The notes beneath the pieces were generated by a model. It did not search any database. It worked only from the letters and a program-made list of their open reading frames with translations, and was not told where the DNA came from. Positions 50,050 through 62,066 of a stretch of 64,000 nucleotides of DNA are shown piece after piece. The position numbers were made by a program, and so were the translations under genes. Within the stretch, counting starts at the first letter, position 1, and every line of letters begins with the position of its first letter. The stretch comes from Carcharhinus longimanus (taxonomy: Eukaryota), in NCBI GenBank assembly GCA_030264375.1, contig JASCQW010000162.1:33705595-33769594 (forward strand). Direction: 5' to 3'.

Positions 50050-51326
50050 ATTCATGAAAGAACTACTTCATTTAAAAGCCGGGATTAAAAATGCATCTTA
50101 GCCGGCCAGACAAATAGGGCAATTCTCAGTCTTGAAAATCAGCACCCATTGGTTAACTTGACTTAGTGTTAGTGTTTGACTAACTTGAATGAGTCTTTGA
50201 TGAAGTTAAGGAGAAGGTTGATGAAGGTAATGCAATTAATGTTGTGCATATTGACACATACCACATTATAAATTTGTAGGTGAAATTAAAGCCCAGAGGA
50301 CAGAAGGGACAGTGGCAGCAGCGATAGAGTGTTGACTAACAGACACAAAGCAGAGAGTAGGGGTTCTTATCAAACAATAAATACATAGTGGTTTTGAGTA
50401 TTTGGACCAGAACATTGATACAAAAATGATCTGGACTTAGCCAGGCAGAGCATCAATTCAAAGTTGCAAATGATATGAAACTTGGAAATGAAGCAAACAA
50501 TGAAGAGGATTTCAAGAGAATGGAGATAGGTGGGTAAAATGGACAGACACACGTCAGATTAAATTTAAAACAGAGAAGTTTGAAGTGACACATTTTGTTT
50601 AAAAGAAGACAATGTGGAGAGGTCATGTGAACTAAATACTGCAATTGTAAAGGAGGTGCAGGAAGACAAAGAACTGGGAGTATATCAATAAAAATCTTTG
50701 ATGGTGGCAGGGCAACTTCAGAAGGCTGTCAAAAAGTTTATGGGAATTTATTAATAAAGGAGAACAATGCAAAAACAAGAGTATCAAACTTTCTAAAACA
50801 CCAGTTAACCCTCAAATGGAATATTATGTCCAAGTCTGAGCACCACATTTGAGGAAGGGCGTCAAAACTTTGCAGAAGAGATTTGTTAGCTTAGTAACTG
50901 GATGGAAGGCATCAAGTTTTGCATTGGAGAAGTGAGGTTTTTGTTCTTAAGGCAAAGGAGGTTAAGAGCAGATTTGATAGAAATGTACAAAGTAATGAAT
51001 GGTTTTCATAGAGTAAACAAGGAGAAAATGTTTCTAGTGATAGAAAGGTCAAAAAACAGGGGATACCAATTTAAGGTGATGGTGAAAGGGGCCAGAGGAA
51101 ACATTGTTTCTCATGGTAAGTTGTCCTGACCTGGAAAGCACTGTCTGAAAGGGTGGTGAAAGCAGATTGAATTGTAACAATCAAGAGGGATTTGGGTAAA
51201 TACTTGAAGGGAAATTATTTCAAGCTTATGCGAAAAGGGAAGGATGAATTGGATAACTCTCCTAAAGACCTTGCACAAGCACGAAGGACCAGATCACTTC
51301 CTTCTTTGTTGTATCACTTCACAGTG
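50050..51326 (+). mobile_element. Old CR1 LINE (RT to 3' end), decayed
   Basis: CLTNL..FDEV..KVDEGNAINVV and LRQRRLRADLIEMYKVMNGFHRVNKEKMFLV..SKNRGYQFKV motifs. Confidence 0.85.
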
Positions 51327-51496
51327 NNNNNNNNNNTAATGTTCATTTGCTCTGGATCTTCAACCAAGGAAATACTTTCTGTGTCCACCCTATATAATCA
51401 TTGTAATCACTTTGAGGAGATCACTCTTCAATCTTCTATACAAAAGGAAATAAAGACCAAATTTCTGAAACTTCCTCTTTCACTCTTTAATATATT

Positions 51497-51700
51497 TGCC
51501 AAAATCTGCTGGCATTTACGCTGGCAGGATCTTACAGTTCTGCCAACAGCACACCCCACCGTTGATTTCCCGGAGATGCGAGTTGCATTTAATGGGAAAC
51601 CCCATTGAAAACTATGGAACCATAGAATGCTGCTGCTAGTGAGCAGTGTGCCACCTGGCACTGCAGTGAAACACACCAAAGAGGGGGAGGAATCCCACCC
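51497..51700 (-). mobile_element. MITE copy of the 61077-61285 family, reverse orientation
   Basis: AATGGGAAACCCCATTGA...GGAACCATAGAAT...GCTAGTGAGCAGTGTGCCACCT is the reverse complement of the family body; ends AATCCCACCC. Confidence 0.7.
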
Positions 51701-53854
51701 ATTATTTTATTTAAGACCTATTTCATAGCCTGGTGTTAGTTCATTACTTTCCAAAGGCAAAGGAGAACATGTAAAGAAAGCTGATGAAACAGGTAAACTG
51801 AAACAACATGAAGGGGGTTCCCTGCTTGACCCTTGGGCAGAATTAATTTTCCTTCTCATTTGGTATCTGGATAAGTGAGAACGTTCTCTGGGACAAAGGA
51901 AGCGAGGACATACCTTTGGGGGCAGTCAGAGGTTTTGATTATTATCCATTCAATTGTTTCTGGTGCTTTAAGAATGTTTGCATCTTCTTGGCTAGTTCAG
52001 ACTCATGTAGTTGCTGTAAAATTGTGGAACTGAATTCCTGTGGTAACATGGAGCAAGGATGCTAAGCTTAATCCCACTGTCATAGCACTTCATTAAAATT
52101 TTACTATAAACATATGTATTTATGACTTTAGGGTAGATGGCTGAAAAGTTAGTTACTGACCGCAAAACGAAAATTCAGTTCAGCCTTTCACCACAACTCT
52201 GTTTTGTATTCCTTAGATAATTCTATATCCATGTTGCTGTTGTCCCCATTATAATCAGGTGACAAGGGCAGACTGGCTCTCTTCATTTCCCACCCCTTGT
52301 TTGTGTGCCACAGGAACAAGTTTTTCAAAAGATATGTTTGCCAGTTCACTGAGCGTCTCGCTGCTTACGTGCTGTGACCATAAAAGACAGTCAGCTTTCT
52401 TTGTAAATGTTTTATAAAAGGAAATAGAATAGCATTTAGTTTACTTAATCTTGTCTAATAAAACTAATTGAAAAAAGCTCCAACCTTCACACACACAGGC
52501 ACTCAAAGTTTATGTAGAGATAAATAAGTTATGGAGAGGGAGGATAGGTTAAGCCACCTTTTTAGAGTCCAATAAAAGTTAGGAGTATACAGGTCTTGCA
52601 GACTGATGACTTGTATGGTTTCAAAGTGAGCTCAATTATCCCACCAGATTTGGCATTAACATGATTTAAATATATTAATGGACAACTTATATCTGGCCTT
52701 GTGGAGTCAGCAGCTGCTGGGTTGGTTCTGAAACACTACCTATGCTATGTGAATGGTCTAACAGCAGACAGGGCTCATATTTACAGGCTGGATGGAGAGA
52801 GAGAGAGAGAGAGAATCAGCTGCTTCACTGGCATCTCTTCTGCCTTGTTTTGTCTTCAAGAAAATCTATTTCTTAATCAGAAAAGAGGTTCGTTGGTTTG
52901 TCACATGATCCTCTCCAATTGATCTGTTACCCAAACATGTTCATGGCTAGTGGATTATATGAGTAGTTTATTGTTGAAAGAAGAGATATATTGAAGCTTT
53001 TTACCCTGCACATCAGGATACTATACAAGAATATCTGTATTAGAGGAAAACAACCCCTTCAGTGCCAATGTGATGCTAGGTATGTTGGTATCTTTATCCT
53101 AGGTATCTTTATCCTAAAGACTGGCAGATTGTATCAAACAGCATGTCCTTGTCACTGTTCACAATGGGCAAGGTCCAGACCAAATCCAACCAGCCCATGC
53201 TTGCAAAACTCGAAACACAGAGGGTGATCTTGAACCCGTGTTTGCCATCCATGCAAATACCAGTGGGGGGAGGGGGGTGGGGCTTAAGATTTGGAAGTCG
53301 CAGATCTCGCTGGTGAGATTGCGATCTTGGATTTCCTCGCCCCTCACTGGTGATGTCATCAGGTTCACGCCATGGATTTCAGTACATGTGAATCTCTTTA
53401 GCCCTTCCTCCCATTATATTGATACCCTTTAAATACGGCACCCTAATCTCTGTGCTGTCAAGTTTAGCCAGCGCGTCAAGGCCCCATTACCACATGATGG
53501 TGTGAAACATGCCCCCTTGATTTCCTTAGGCAGAATGACGTACGATCTGGAGAGAAATCAGCATGTTTTCTTACCACAATCAACACTCTGCCAATTTTTG
53601 GTAAGGTTTCCCCCACAGTGTCCAACATTAGAACTGATGCTGCAATTGGACAAAATTTGCTAAGTAATCCACAGTGTGCCAAGAATTACATTGAAAATCA
53701 ATCTAAAATTGTCAGTTAGGCAAAAGTATGGTGCATTTACGTGTTCTGGAGCTACATATATTAATACATAGGGCCTTACTCTTTGCCAACAAAAAGAAAA
53801 TGTGCTGACATTCTACTTGTTTCAGCTAAACAAACTAAATAACAGCTATGCTGA

Positions 53855-54145
53855 TTCAGCCCCCAGGGCAATGCCTTAACCAATCAGGGTCAAGCTGCCT
53901 GGTTTAAATTTCAAACATGCTTGGCAGTTATCTGTCAGTCACCATCACCTGGTTCTTTTCCCATGACAATGCCTCTACCAATCATAGTCCACTTGCCAGC
54001 CAATCAGCATTGTCTTCTCATACAGTGAAAACTGTTGTTTCCTCCTTCCACTGGTATTCTTGGAAAATGCCCTGATGAGTGCAAAACGAAAAGCTTTGAC
54101 ATGTCTCTTTTTCCACAATATCCAAGTTCTGTACTATTAAATCAC
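53855..54145 (+). mobile_element. Penelope-like pseudo-LTR repeat with CCAAT boxes and a hammerhead core
   Basis: Three CCAATCA motifs, then CTGATGA-GT-GCAAA-AC-GAA-AAGCTT-T-GACA; a homologous degenerate copy lies at 60050-60205. Confidence 0.65.
54067..54102 (+). ncRNA. Minimal hammerhead ribozyme motif (second family)
   Basis: CTGATGA 54072-54078, 2-bp stem II, GAAA 54088-54091, palindromic AAGCTT stem III, stem I ATGCC/GACAT with one mismatch. Confidence 0.55.
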
Positions 54146-54264
54146 TTCATGATTAGTTTATGGCTAGGTGAGCTCCTTTCTCAATCAAAGTTCATTGTAT
54201 AAAGTGATTACATATATTGCTTAGTCCCCACTCGGATGAGAACTCATGTACTTGTCTGGATGCT

Positions 54265-54530
54265 TTTGATTCAATTTTATTTATTATTGTGACATGTATT
54301 GATATACAGTGAAAAGTATTGTTTTTTGCGCACAAAACAAGCAAAACGTACCATTCATAGGGTCCATAGGGGAGAAGGAAAGGAGTGCAGAATGTAGTGT
54401 TTCAGTCCTAGCTGGGGAATAGAGAAAGATCAACTTAATATAAGTAAGGTCCATTCAAAAGTCTGGTGGCAGCAGGGAAGAAGCCGTTCTTGAGTCGCTT
54501 GTACATGACCTCAGGCTTTTGTATCTTTTG
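54265..54530 (-). mobile_element. Rex1/Babar-type LINE 3' fragment
   Basis: Reverse-complement homologue of 7970-8220 (RLKNGFFPAATRLLNG). Confidence 0.8.
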
Positions 54531-54739
54531 TGACTGGGTTAGGAGATGGTCCATTTATATTCCTCCAAGGGTGAATGTATCAGATGAGGTTTCCAAACAG
54601 GTTGACTTTATTTTAATGGCTTTGGAATTTGGGAGATATAGTTGTGCAAATATTCAACCATTTTAGAAGTTGTTGCTTCACGTCACTAGAATACATGCTT
54701 CGATCTTTTAAAACCCAATCAATGATTTTCAGCCACTAA

Positions 54740-55610
54740 ATATGAAAGGCCACTTTTGATATAAAGCATGGCTTAATAGCATCCCTCTTAATCACATGGA
54801 CTGTAATTTTTCTGATATGTTTATGAAGTGGTACTTTATCAAACAACTTTTTGAAAGTCCATGTACATCAACTGTTTGACCCTCATCCATTCTCTCTACT
54901 TTCATCAAAATCGTCAATCAACCATTATTTTTCCTTAACTATTCTATGCTGGTTCTCCTTTAGGAACCAACGCTTGCATCTCCACATCATCTCCTTTAGG
55001 AATCCATGCTTGTCCAAATGGATATTAATCTTCCCCTGATTTATTGTTTGTAAAAGCTTCCTTGCCATTGATGTTAAACTGACTGGCTTATAATTGTCAA
55101 GTTTATCCTTCTCTTCCTCTTTTATCAAGGATGCAACTTCTTCAATTCTCTGGTCCTTTTACATCATCCCTGTGTCCAAGGAAGATTGGGAGATTTAGGA
55201 CAACACCTTTGCAATCTTTACCATTATTTCTTTCAGCAACTGCGGATACATCCCATCCATCCAGGTGGCATATCAAGTTTAAGTTCTGAGCCTTTATTTC
55301 TTCCTCTTTATCAATTTTTAATCTTATCTACTAGCCCAATTACCTTTTTATTTACCAGAGCTTTGACAAATCCTTTTCTTTGGAAATATTAATATAAAGT
55401 ATTTCAGCAACCATGACTTCTGCTTCCACCAGTAAATCTCCTTACTGCTCCTGCAACAATCATTTTATTATTAATATGCCTATAGAAACGCTTTAGATTT
55501 TCTTTTATATTAGTTAGCAATCTATTCTCACACTGCCTCATTATTCTTATTTTATTTTCCACTTGACTGCTTGTCACGTTTTTATTCATCCTGATCATCC
55601 TTTATATTAT
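54740..55610 (-). mobile_element. Old CR1 ORF2 fragment
   Basis: KDKLDNYKPVSLTSMARKLLQTI and ENRLLTNIKENLKRFYRHINNK on the minus strand. Confidence 0.85.
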
Positions 55611-56324
55611 CCAGCTGATGTCTCTGCAATGCAATAATGACTCAGACAATAAAAGAGGTTGCACTTCTTGCAACAAATTTAAGATACTGAGGTAAGAGTT
55701 TATTAAAAATGCTTTCCAGCCATTGCTTTCATAAAATCTATGCACGTTAAACTCTAAAATAAGGTACTAGTCTGCAGATTATTTTGCTGTGAGATTAAAA
55801 ACTAATGTTTTATATCAAACAATAATTTAATTTCAATTAGTTCAGCTCATTAAAATCATTGGGAAAAGAGGCTGATCCGGAACAAGTGCTTCAAATAGAA
55901 TACTTAACCGTGTTAGATAATATTTATGAAGTAACAATTGAAACAGTGGTGAACAATTAAGGGAAACACTTGACAGCGCTTATTCAAAACACATTTTATT
56001 AGAAAGTACGTTTAAAGATTAATGCTCATTCAGCTATGATTTTTCAAATGTATTCTGCTTTTCAGGCATCCTAGACTATTGTCGTCATTGTGCAAAGTGT
56101 ATTGGCTACCTGTTAAAGGACTGGATTCAATATTGTGAAAAATGTCCACAAGGGCAATTGACGTCATCACAAAGGCCCTATGAGTGAAGACTTGAGGCAG
56201 ACTGCATCTAATCAGTTTGAAAGGAATTATAAGTACCTACTTATAACAACATTGTGAAATGCATCTGGATTGACATTCTTTAGCATCGGAGACCATATGG
56301 TGATTTGTAAAAGGTAAACTATGT

Positions 56325-56472
56325 TTCCTTTCTCTGCCACCATTAAGGCTACCAATTTCCACCTTTATGGCTTCGCTGTACTCCATCACTGCCTCAGCTC
56401 ACCTCTTGCTAAAACCCCCATCTATGAATTTGCTATTTATGGACTTGACAATTTTAATGCACCCCTGGCTGG
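56325..56472 (+). mobile_element. L2-clade LINE fragment
   Basis: IKATNFHLYGFAVLHHCLSSPLAKTPIYEFAIYGLDNFNAPLAG is a decayed form of TKTAYFHLRNIARL...AETLIHAFVTSRLDY.NALLAG. Confidence 0.7.
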
Positions 56473-58171
56473 TATAGTGCAATCTGGATCAATGGGGTAT
56501 TTGAGGTTCAGTCAACCATTAAAGGAAATCAGAATAAACACGGGTGGCTGGAAGATGATAGAAATCCATTCATCTGACAACGGAATCTTTTACCAGGCAC
56601 TGCACATTGAATTTATTACAGATCAAAGGCTTCATGTGCAATGGAGAGAGTTTCAACAATTTTTGCCTGCTGGGAAACCTCAGCAACTTCATATCAAAAC
56701 TGTGTGCATATATTGGTTCTGAGTGCACAGTTGGGCAGATTAGAACCCACCCTTCCAGATGAAATTAGCATGTCCTCTCTGCCAGAGGATTTCAAAGCAG
56801 TGTGATCTCACCTGCAGCTTCTGACAGGGGGAAGAGGGAAATCACTGCTGCAGAATGGAGTGCTGCAATGATTTAAAAGCCGGCCAGGTGACCGGGTTAG
56901 CGGGGGCGGGGGGGCAGGGGGACATGGAAATTAAAATGATCCATCCACTTCAGAATGTTCACTGCTGACAGGCAGGAGTAGAGAAACTGATCACAGGGCT
57001 GTCTGAAATCACCATGACAAGGCTGGAAGAGGCAGTCCAGCCATGACACCCCATCCCAGTGGAGAATGGAGAATGGTAAAGTCAAACACTGACTTGCAAC
57101 CATGCCCGCTCAACGCCTGGGACCTCCAGGTTTCCCACTGGCATGGGCACTTAGTCTCCATTCAGGAGAACCACGGGCCATTAGTTCATCAAAAGATTCA
57201 AAGAAATCCTGAGGAAATAGCTTAATCTCCATTTGTACATTTTTTCCATCTCAATTTCCACAATTCTTCCAGCAAAGTTACAGCAGGCAAATAATAGAAT
57301 ACCCATAGGAATTCACCCTCATATTTCCATAAGATTAATAGTGGGTTCACACCTTATTGAAGGTACCACTAAAATTCTATTCTAGATATTTACCCATGTG
57401 TTGTTTGATTTTTCCACTTTTATGGCAAGATTTCATGATAAACATAAACCATCTGGACTTTAGAACAAGAAAATAAATTAGCCAGCATTCCTGCTTCCAG
57501 TTGTCATGGAGTGAATTCCTGTCTAAAATGTGCTTAAGTGCATTTTGGGCAAGGACTGGACTAGCTTCAAGTCAAAAGTCCTCCATGATAAACCAGCCTG
57601 CCAACAATCACTAGGCTCACACAGGAAGAATAGCCAAGGACAAGGCACTGGAGGGTTGCCAGTGCCTGTGAAACAATACCCCAGCAACATAAATTGGTTA
57701 GACTGCAAAAATGCTTTGTGTTATTGATAATTCTTTTTCCATACCAGGAGACATTTTTCATTGAAAAATGTGTTCATTGGAATCTGTCTTTAGTTCTTAG
57801 ACACTCTGCACCTAAAAGGTGTCATTTTACTGTTCCCAACAACCTCGGCTGCCAGCACTCTGATTTTATTCTGTTCCAATTGGAAGTGTAGAGTTAAACA
57901 TTCTTAATAGAACAACTGTTACTTAACTGGCTGAACTCTGGCTTCAGAAAAAAGTAGAAAGGTGGGGCTGGAAACTGCAAAACAGTCTCAAATAATAAGA
58001 ATAATTTTCCAAAATGTATTTGGAAAATGTATTTTCAAAAACAAATTAAAAGTACCAAACTGCAAAAGGTAAAAGGAAATGTTTATTTCATAACAAACAA
58101 GGTAAACAAAAGCTACTGGGCTAAAATTTTTATGAGGCCCATTAACAGGTGCAGGGATATTGATGCGTGAT

Positions 58172-58452
58172 TTTAAAGTTTATTTATTAGTCACCAGTAA
58201 GGCTTACATTAACACTGCAATGACGTCACTGTGAAATTCCCCTAATCACCACCGTCCAGCACCCGTTTGGGTCAATGCACCTTACCAGCATGTCTTGCAG
58301 ATGATAAGAGGAAACCAGGGCACCTGCAGGAAACCCACACAGACACGGGGAGAACATGCAAACTCCACACAGACAGAGGTCTTAACAGGGAATTGAACTC
58401 AGGCCCCTGGCACTGTGAGGCAGCAGTGTTAACCATTGTGCTACTATGCTAC
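58172..58452 (-). mobile_element. HE1-type V-SINE, tail type B
   Basis: Reverse-complement head, V-domain and type-B tail. Confidence 0.88.
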
Positions 58453-58559
58453 CTGGTACGGTAGCACATTTTTCTATGTCTCGTCAAGGCAATACAGCTA
58501 GTATGCAAACTGTATACTGTCTGCTTATCTCAGACCCCTCGTAGGGGAAATCACACTCA

Positions 58560-58700
58560 TCAGAATCACCATCTTCGTGGTCAAAAGAAGGTAGCTCTAA
58601 ATTCGGCAACTTGGAATGTTGAAACTCTCATTGATACTCTCAAGAGTCAACGCAAGACCCAATGTATAGCACAATTGCCATTATCCATGCTCCTCTATTG
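58560..58700 (+). mobile_element. RTE-type LINE endonuclease N-terminal fragment
   Basis: ALNSATWNVETLIDT corresponds to the (I/F)ATWNVRTL start of APE domains. Confidence 0.55.
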
Positions 58701-60049
58701 CAGTGAGACTTGGGTTTTCATGGAGTTGTGGAGACTGTGTTTGCACTTTATCAAAAATGTCACCAGGTTCCTGGATCCAGAAGTCTGCTCCCATTTGTGG
58801 CTAATCTTATTTTCGCTGGAGGAGGAGAGGGGTATGATGTGATTGATATATAAGTGAAATCCAAACGGAGCAGAGCTATTTGAACTTAATGCTGAGTTTA
58901 AACACATCCCATTTTCACTGGAGCAAAGTCCATTCCCCACACTATGTGACTTACAATTTTTAAGGGTAGACCTGATGCTTATAAAAGATGAATAAGGTCA
59001 GTGGAGCTATCAAGCTTTGAAGTTACTTAAATCCCCTGCCTTTTAAATTTTGAAGATGTTCAACCTGCTATGTCTCCAAGTTTAAAAATAAATTGGTGCT
59101 TAGTTTCAATAGGTGTTGACAAAACCCTTAGGGCTATCATTATAGTATAATTAATGTTTGACTGTTTACCACAGTGGGAGGCTTCAAGTTCACAATTTTA
59201 TTGACAGCTCCATGAAGTCATTAAGACATTAACTGTCTTTGATGTAGGACTATGAATGCAAATGTTTGCTTTTATGAGGGATCAAGCAATTGAGGGGATT
59301 TAATTATATCGAATGGGCATTTATTATGGGAGTGTTATTTTTTAAAAGTTAATTCTGTAATAGATACTTTAGAACTTAATTTTATTTAATCTCAACATGA
59401 CTCTTGACGTCTGTCCATGGTTGATATTGGGTGAGTTGCCATGGGGGCTGTAAGGGTAAAGGGTGATGAGAGGTTATGTGTTGGTATGAGCTAACATTAA
59501 ATTAGCATCAGGGCTATAGAGGCCAGTGGGTGTATTGTGGATCATGTGCTGAAATGAGTTGGCATCAAGTTGACAAAGAGATTATAAGGGACAATGAGGG
59601 TAAGTTGAGGGGTATTGATTGATGTGGAGTGCATGAGGGGCCATTGGCGTGGGTGGAGGGACATGAGTTAGCATGAAGTGTATGAGGCACCACTAGGTGA
59701 ATGGAGTGGCTTGGGATAGGTTGGAGGTTATGGGGATCCATTGGGGGTGGATGGCATAATTTGGCATGGTGAGTTCTTGGGGGATAAACGAGTGAAGGGT
59801 GAGGACTAGAGGGCCTAATTTCCAACCACACAGCATAACCTGCCCATCTTGGTTTGCAGCAGCCCCTGAGGCCACCTCCGAATTGTTCTCAGGATAGAAG
59901 GCCTAGTACCAAAAAGTTCAATGCCTGGACATATTCAAATGAAAAACCTTGTCCTCTGCAACTAGGAAGAATGTGTCCAGCTATTGCACCTTTATTGAAT
60001 TAGACAAAAGCATAGTTCCCTCATGCATCATGGATTCCCTCATGGAATC

Positions 60050-60205
60050 ATCTTGACGAATAGGACCGACTTGTCAACCAACAAACACTGTTTTCTTATG
60101 CGGTACAAATTGTTACTCCCTTTGAAATTTGGCATCCTTGCATCTATCCTGATGTGACCAAAAGTTTTGATAACATATCTCTTTTTTCAGCAATATTCAA
60201 GTTAT
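60050..60205 (+). mobile_element. Degenerate copy of the 53855-54145 repeat
   Basis: ACTTGTCAACCAA...CCTGATGTGACCAAAAGTTTTGATAACATATCTCTTTTTTCAGCAATATTCAAGTT; ribozyme core destroyed. Confidence 0.65.
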
Positions 60206-60399
60206 ATTCTTCCACAATTGTTTCTATGCAGAATCAATGAACATTTCTTGTTGCAGTTGCTGGCTATTTATACTACCCAAAACTCATTAAGTTGATATGT
60301 AAGATGTCTTTCATTTCAATATTAATGAGATTTACTAGAAGATCCAAGGAAGTATCTGCTATTTTAGAAAGATCAGGTAAATGACTTTAAAGTGTCAGA

Positions 60400-60750
60400 T
60401 GTGACCATGGAACACCTCTGGACAGTAGCATTTGTCACAATTGTAACCTGGTATTTTTAATGAGTAAGTTCCGTAATCTGGGTAGTGCATTAGTTAATAG
60501 TTTATGGTTTATAGTAGATTTGTGGTCATTTTCCACGATAAACCTTTTTCCAAATATGTTAGTGTGCAAATGTTGGATTCCAAAAACCACGTCTAAAATT
60601 TTCCATTCAGTACTTGGCTTGGGTTGTTGATAGAATCTTGAAAGTAAAAGGAATCAGATTCATTTTTTGTGGGATAGACGCTCCAAGGATTATTTGTGAC
60701 GCATCAACCTCTAGTACAATTTCCTCGCCTGAGTTGTAGAATTGAAATAT
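60400..60750 (-). mobile_element. Ty3/Gypsy pol RNase H remnant
   Basis: FYNSGEEIVLEVDASQIILGASI...ILSTTQAKY* then, frameshifted, EWKILDVVFGIQHLHTNIFGKRFIVENDHK...ALPRLRNLL (DAS and DHK motifs). Confidence 0.85.
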
Positions 60751-60781
60751 TCTCAGGAAAATGCTAGATCCACCTATGGGC

Positions 60782-61912
60782 CTCAGGAAGCATTTCTCTT
60801 ATCTCAACCTAAGCCAGGATCAGTGAGTATGACACCCCATTCCATTAAGTGAATGTTCAGTGAAATCTGCCACATCTTACAAGCAGATCTGCAAGTTCAG
60901 TAAAGGGCAGGAAAGGTGCTGCTAGTGACTGTAAAAGGTGACCATAGCCTCAACTTTATTGTTTTGGGGTACTTCCAGTTTGGAGCAAGGGATATCCCCA
61001 ATGTCTTGCAATATAGCATATGCTGTTGTATGTGTAAGGTGACTCAAGGTCTACATGCATAGAGAGTGGATACACTGGGTGAGATTCTCTGGCTTCCCAG
61101 TCATGTGTTACCTGCCGGCAGGAGGTGGCATGTTGTTCGCTAGCAGCGGGATTCTCTGGTTCCACCACTGTCAATGGAAATTCCCATTGATGTCACCCCA
61201 CACCAGCGGGAAGCCCATAGGCAAGGGTGAGCTTCAGGTGGCACCAGAGAATCCCACCAGCGTGAACAGCCAAAGAATTCCAGCCATTGTCTTCTGCCTT
61301 TTCAGAAAGAATCAGGTGGATTCTGCATGTGGTTTCACTAGTATAGCAGATTTCCCTTGATGGAGGGTATCACTGACTTCATACACGTTGCTTTGCAATA
61401 GTCACAAGTAAATCTAGAAATGTACCACAATTGCAAAGTGTTCCATTCCCTCAATGTATATCTGATGTACCACATGCTCAGCACATCATTCTTGCCAATC
61501 CTTAGTGTTTTGCTTTGCCGTATTTTGCAGTAGTCTGCTTTACCATCAGCATTTGAGCAATGTTAAAAGATCAGAGGGTGGTTAATGGATAAGAAGGGTG
61601 GGTCACTTGGCTCATAATTCCATAGTGTTTNNNTCCACATGTGGGCATTATGCCACATGACCTGTCATAGAGCAGTCATTGGGATACTTAAGCAATACTT
61701 CTGCAGCATACTTTGTGCTAATAGAGCCCTGAGGTAATCTCCAGAGGAAGTGTCATGATTCACTGTGTACTGTTGCAACCTTGCCATCAAAAGGGTGCGG
61801 TTCTTGCTGCCAGATAATGGGCAAGAATCTGAGGATGAGGAGGCACAGAAGGAAGGGAGGAGGGAACCAACACATTCCCTTTGATCTGAGCTGTATATAA
61901 TTGGCTCATCTG
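60782..61912 (+). pseudogene. Near full-length dead PIF/Harbinger (HARBI1-like) DDE transposase
   Basis: Ordered, frameshifted motifs: FSYLNLSQDQ; FSEICHILQADLQ; LNFIVLGYFQFGARDIPNVLQ; GFTSIADFP..EGITDFIHVAL; MYHNCKVFHSLNV; GWLMDKK; VIEQ..GILKQYF; NLAIKR; acidic tail. Confidence 0.85.
61077..61285 (+). mobile_element. Doubly palindromic MITE inserted in the Harbinger transposase
   Basis: 17-bp imperfect TIRs (61077-61093 / 61269-61285); inner IR 61148-61166 / 61237-61255 (18 of 19 match); flanks ACT/ATT. Confidence 0.8.
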
Positions 61913-61939
61913 ATTGCGGTGCTATTAACTCAACTCAAT

Positions 61940-62066
61940 GGGTGGGATTTTACAGCCTCGCTCACCCGGAAAACGTAAAATCCCGCCTGAAGTCAATGGA
62001 CCTTTCCAAGGCCTGCATGTCACTTGCTCTGATTCCTGTGGCGGACTGAACAGTAAAATTACAGCC
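61940..62066. mobile_element. 127-bp MITE with a 3-bp TSD
   Basis: TIRs GGGTGGGATTTTACAG / CAGTAAAATTACAGCC; AAT on both sides (61937-61939, 62067-62069). Confidence 0.8.

Noticed and set aside
53087-53117. Short local tandem duplications (GGTATCTTTATCCTA x2; also TCTCCTTTAGGAA x2 at ~54955-55002)
   Set aside because: Ordinary slippage or repair duplications with only two units.
56321-56722. 133-aa ORF as a CDS
   Set aside because: The first third is a decayed L2 LINE and the remainder has no recognisable homology.
10524-58452. Recurrent GTVAQWLAL.PHS.R.PG peptide as a protein family, or the SINE heads as tRNA genes
   Set aside because: These are translations of the V-SINE head; the A/B boxes are followed by SINE bodies, not tRNA cloverleaf ends.
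59430-59830. GGCATG/GGGT-rich strand-asymmetric tracts (also ~5400-5520, 5790-5880, 12625-12860, 30095-30255, 33205-33320) as functional G-quadruplex elements
   Set aside because: They recur with similar flanks, which points to the interior of a dispersed repeat family that I cannot name; there is no evidence of locus-specific function.
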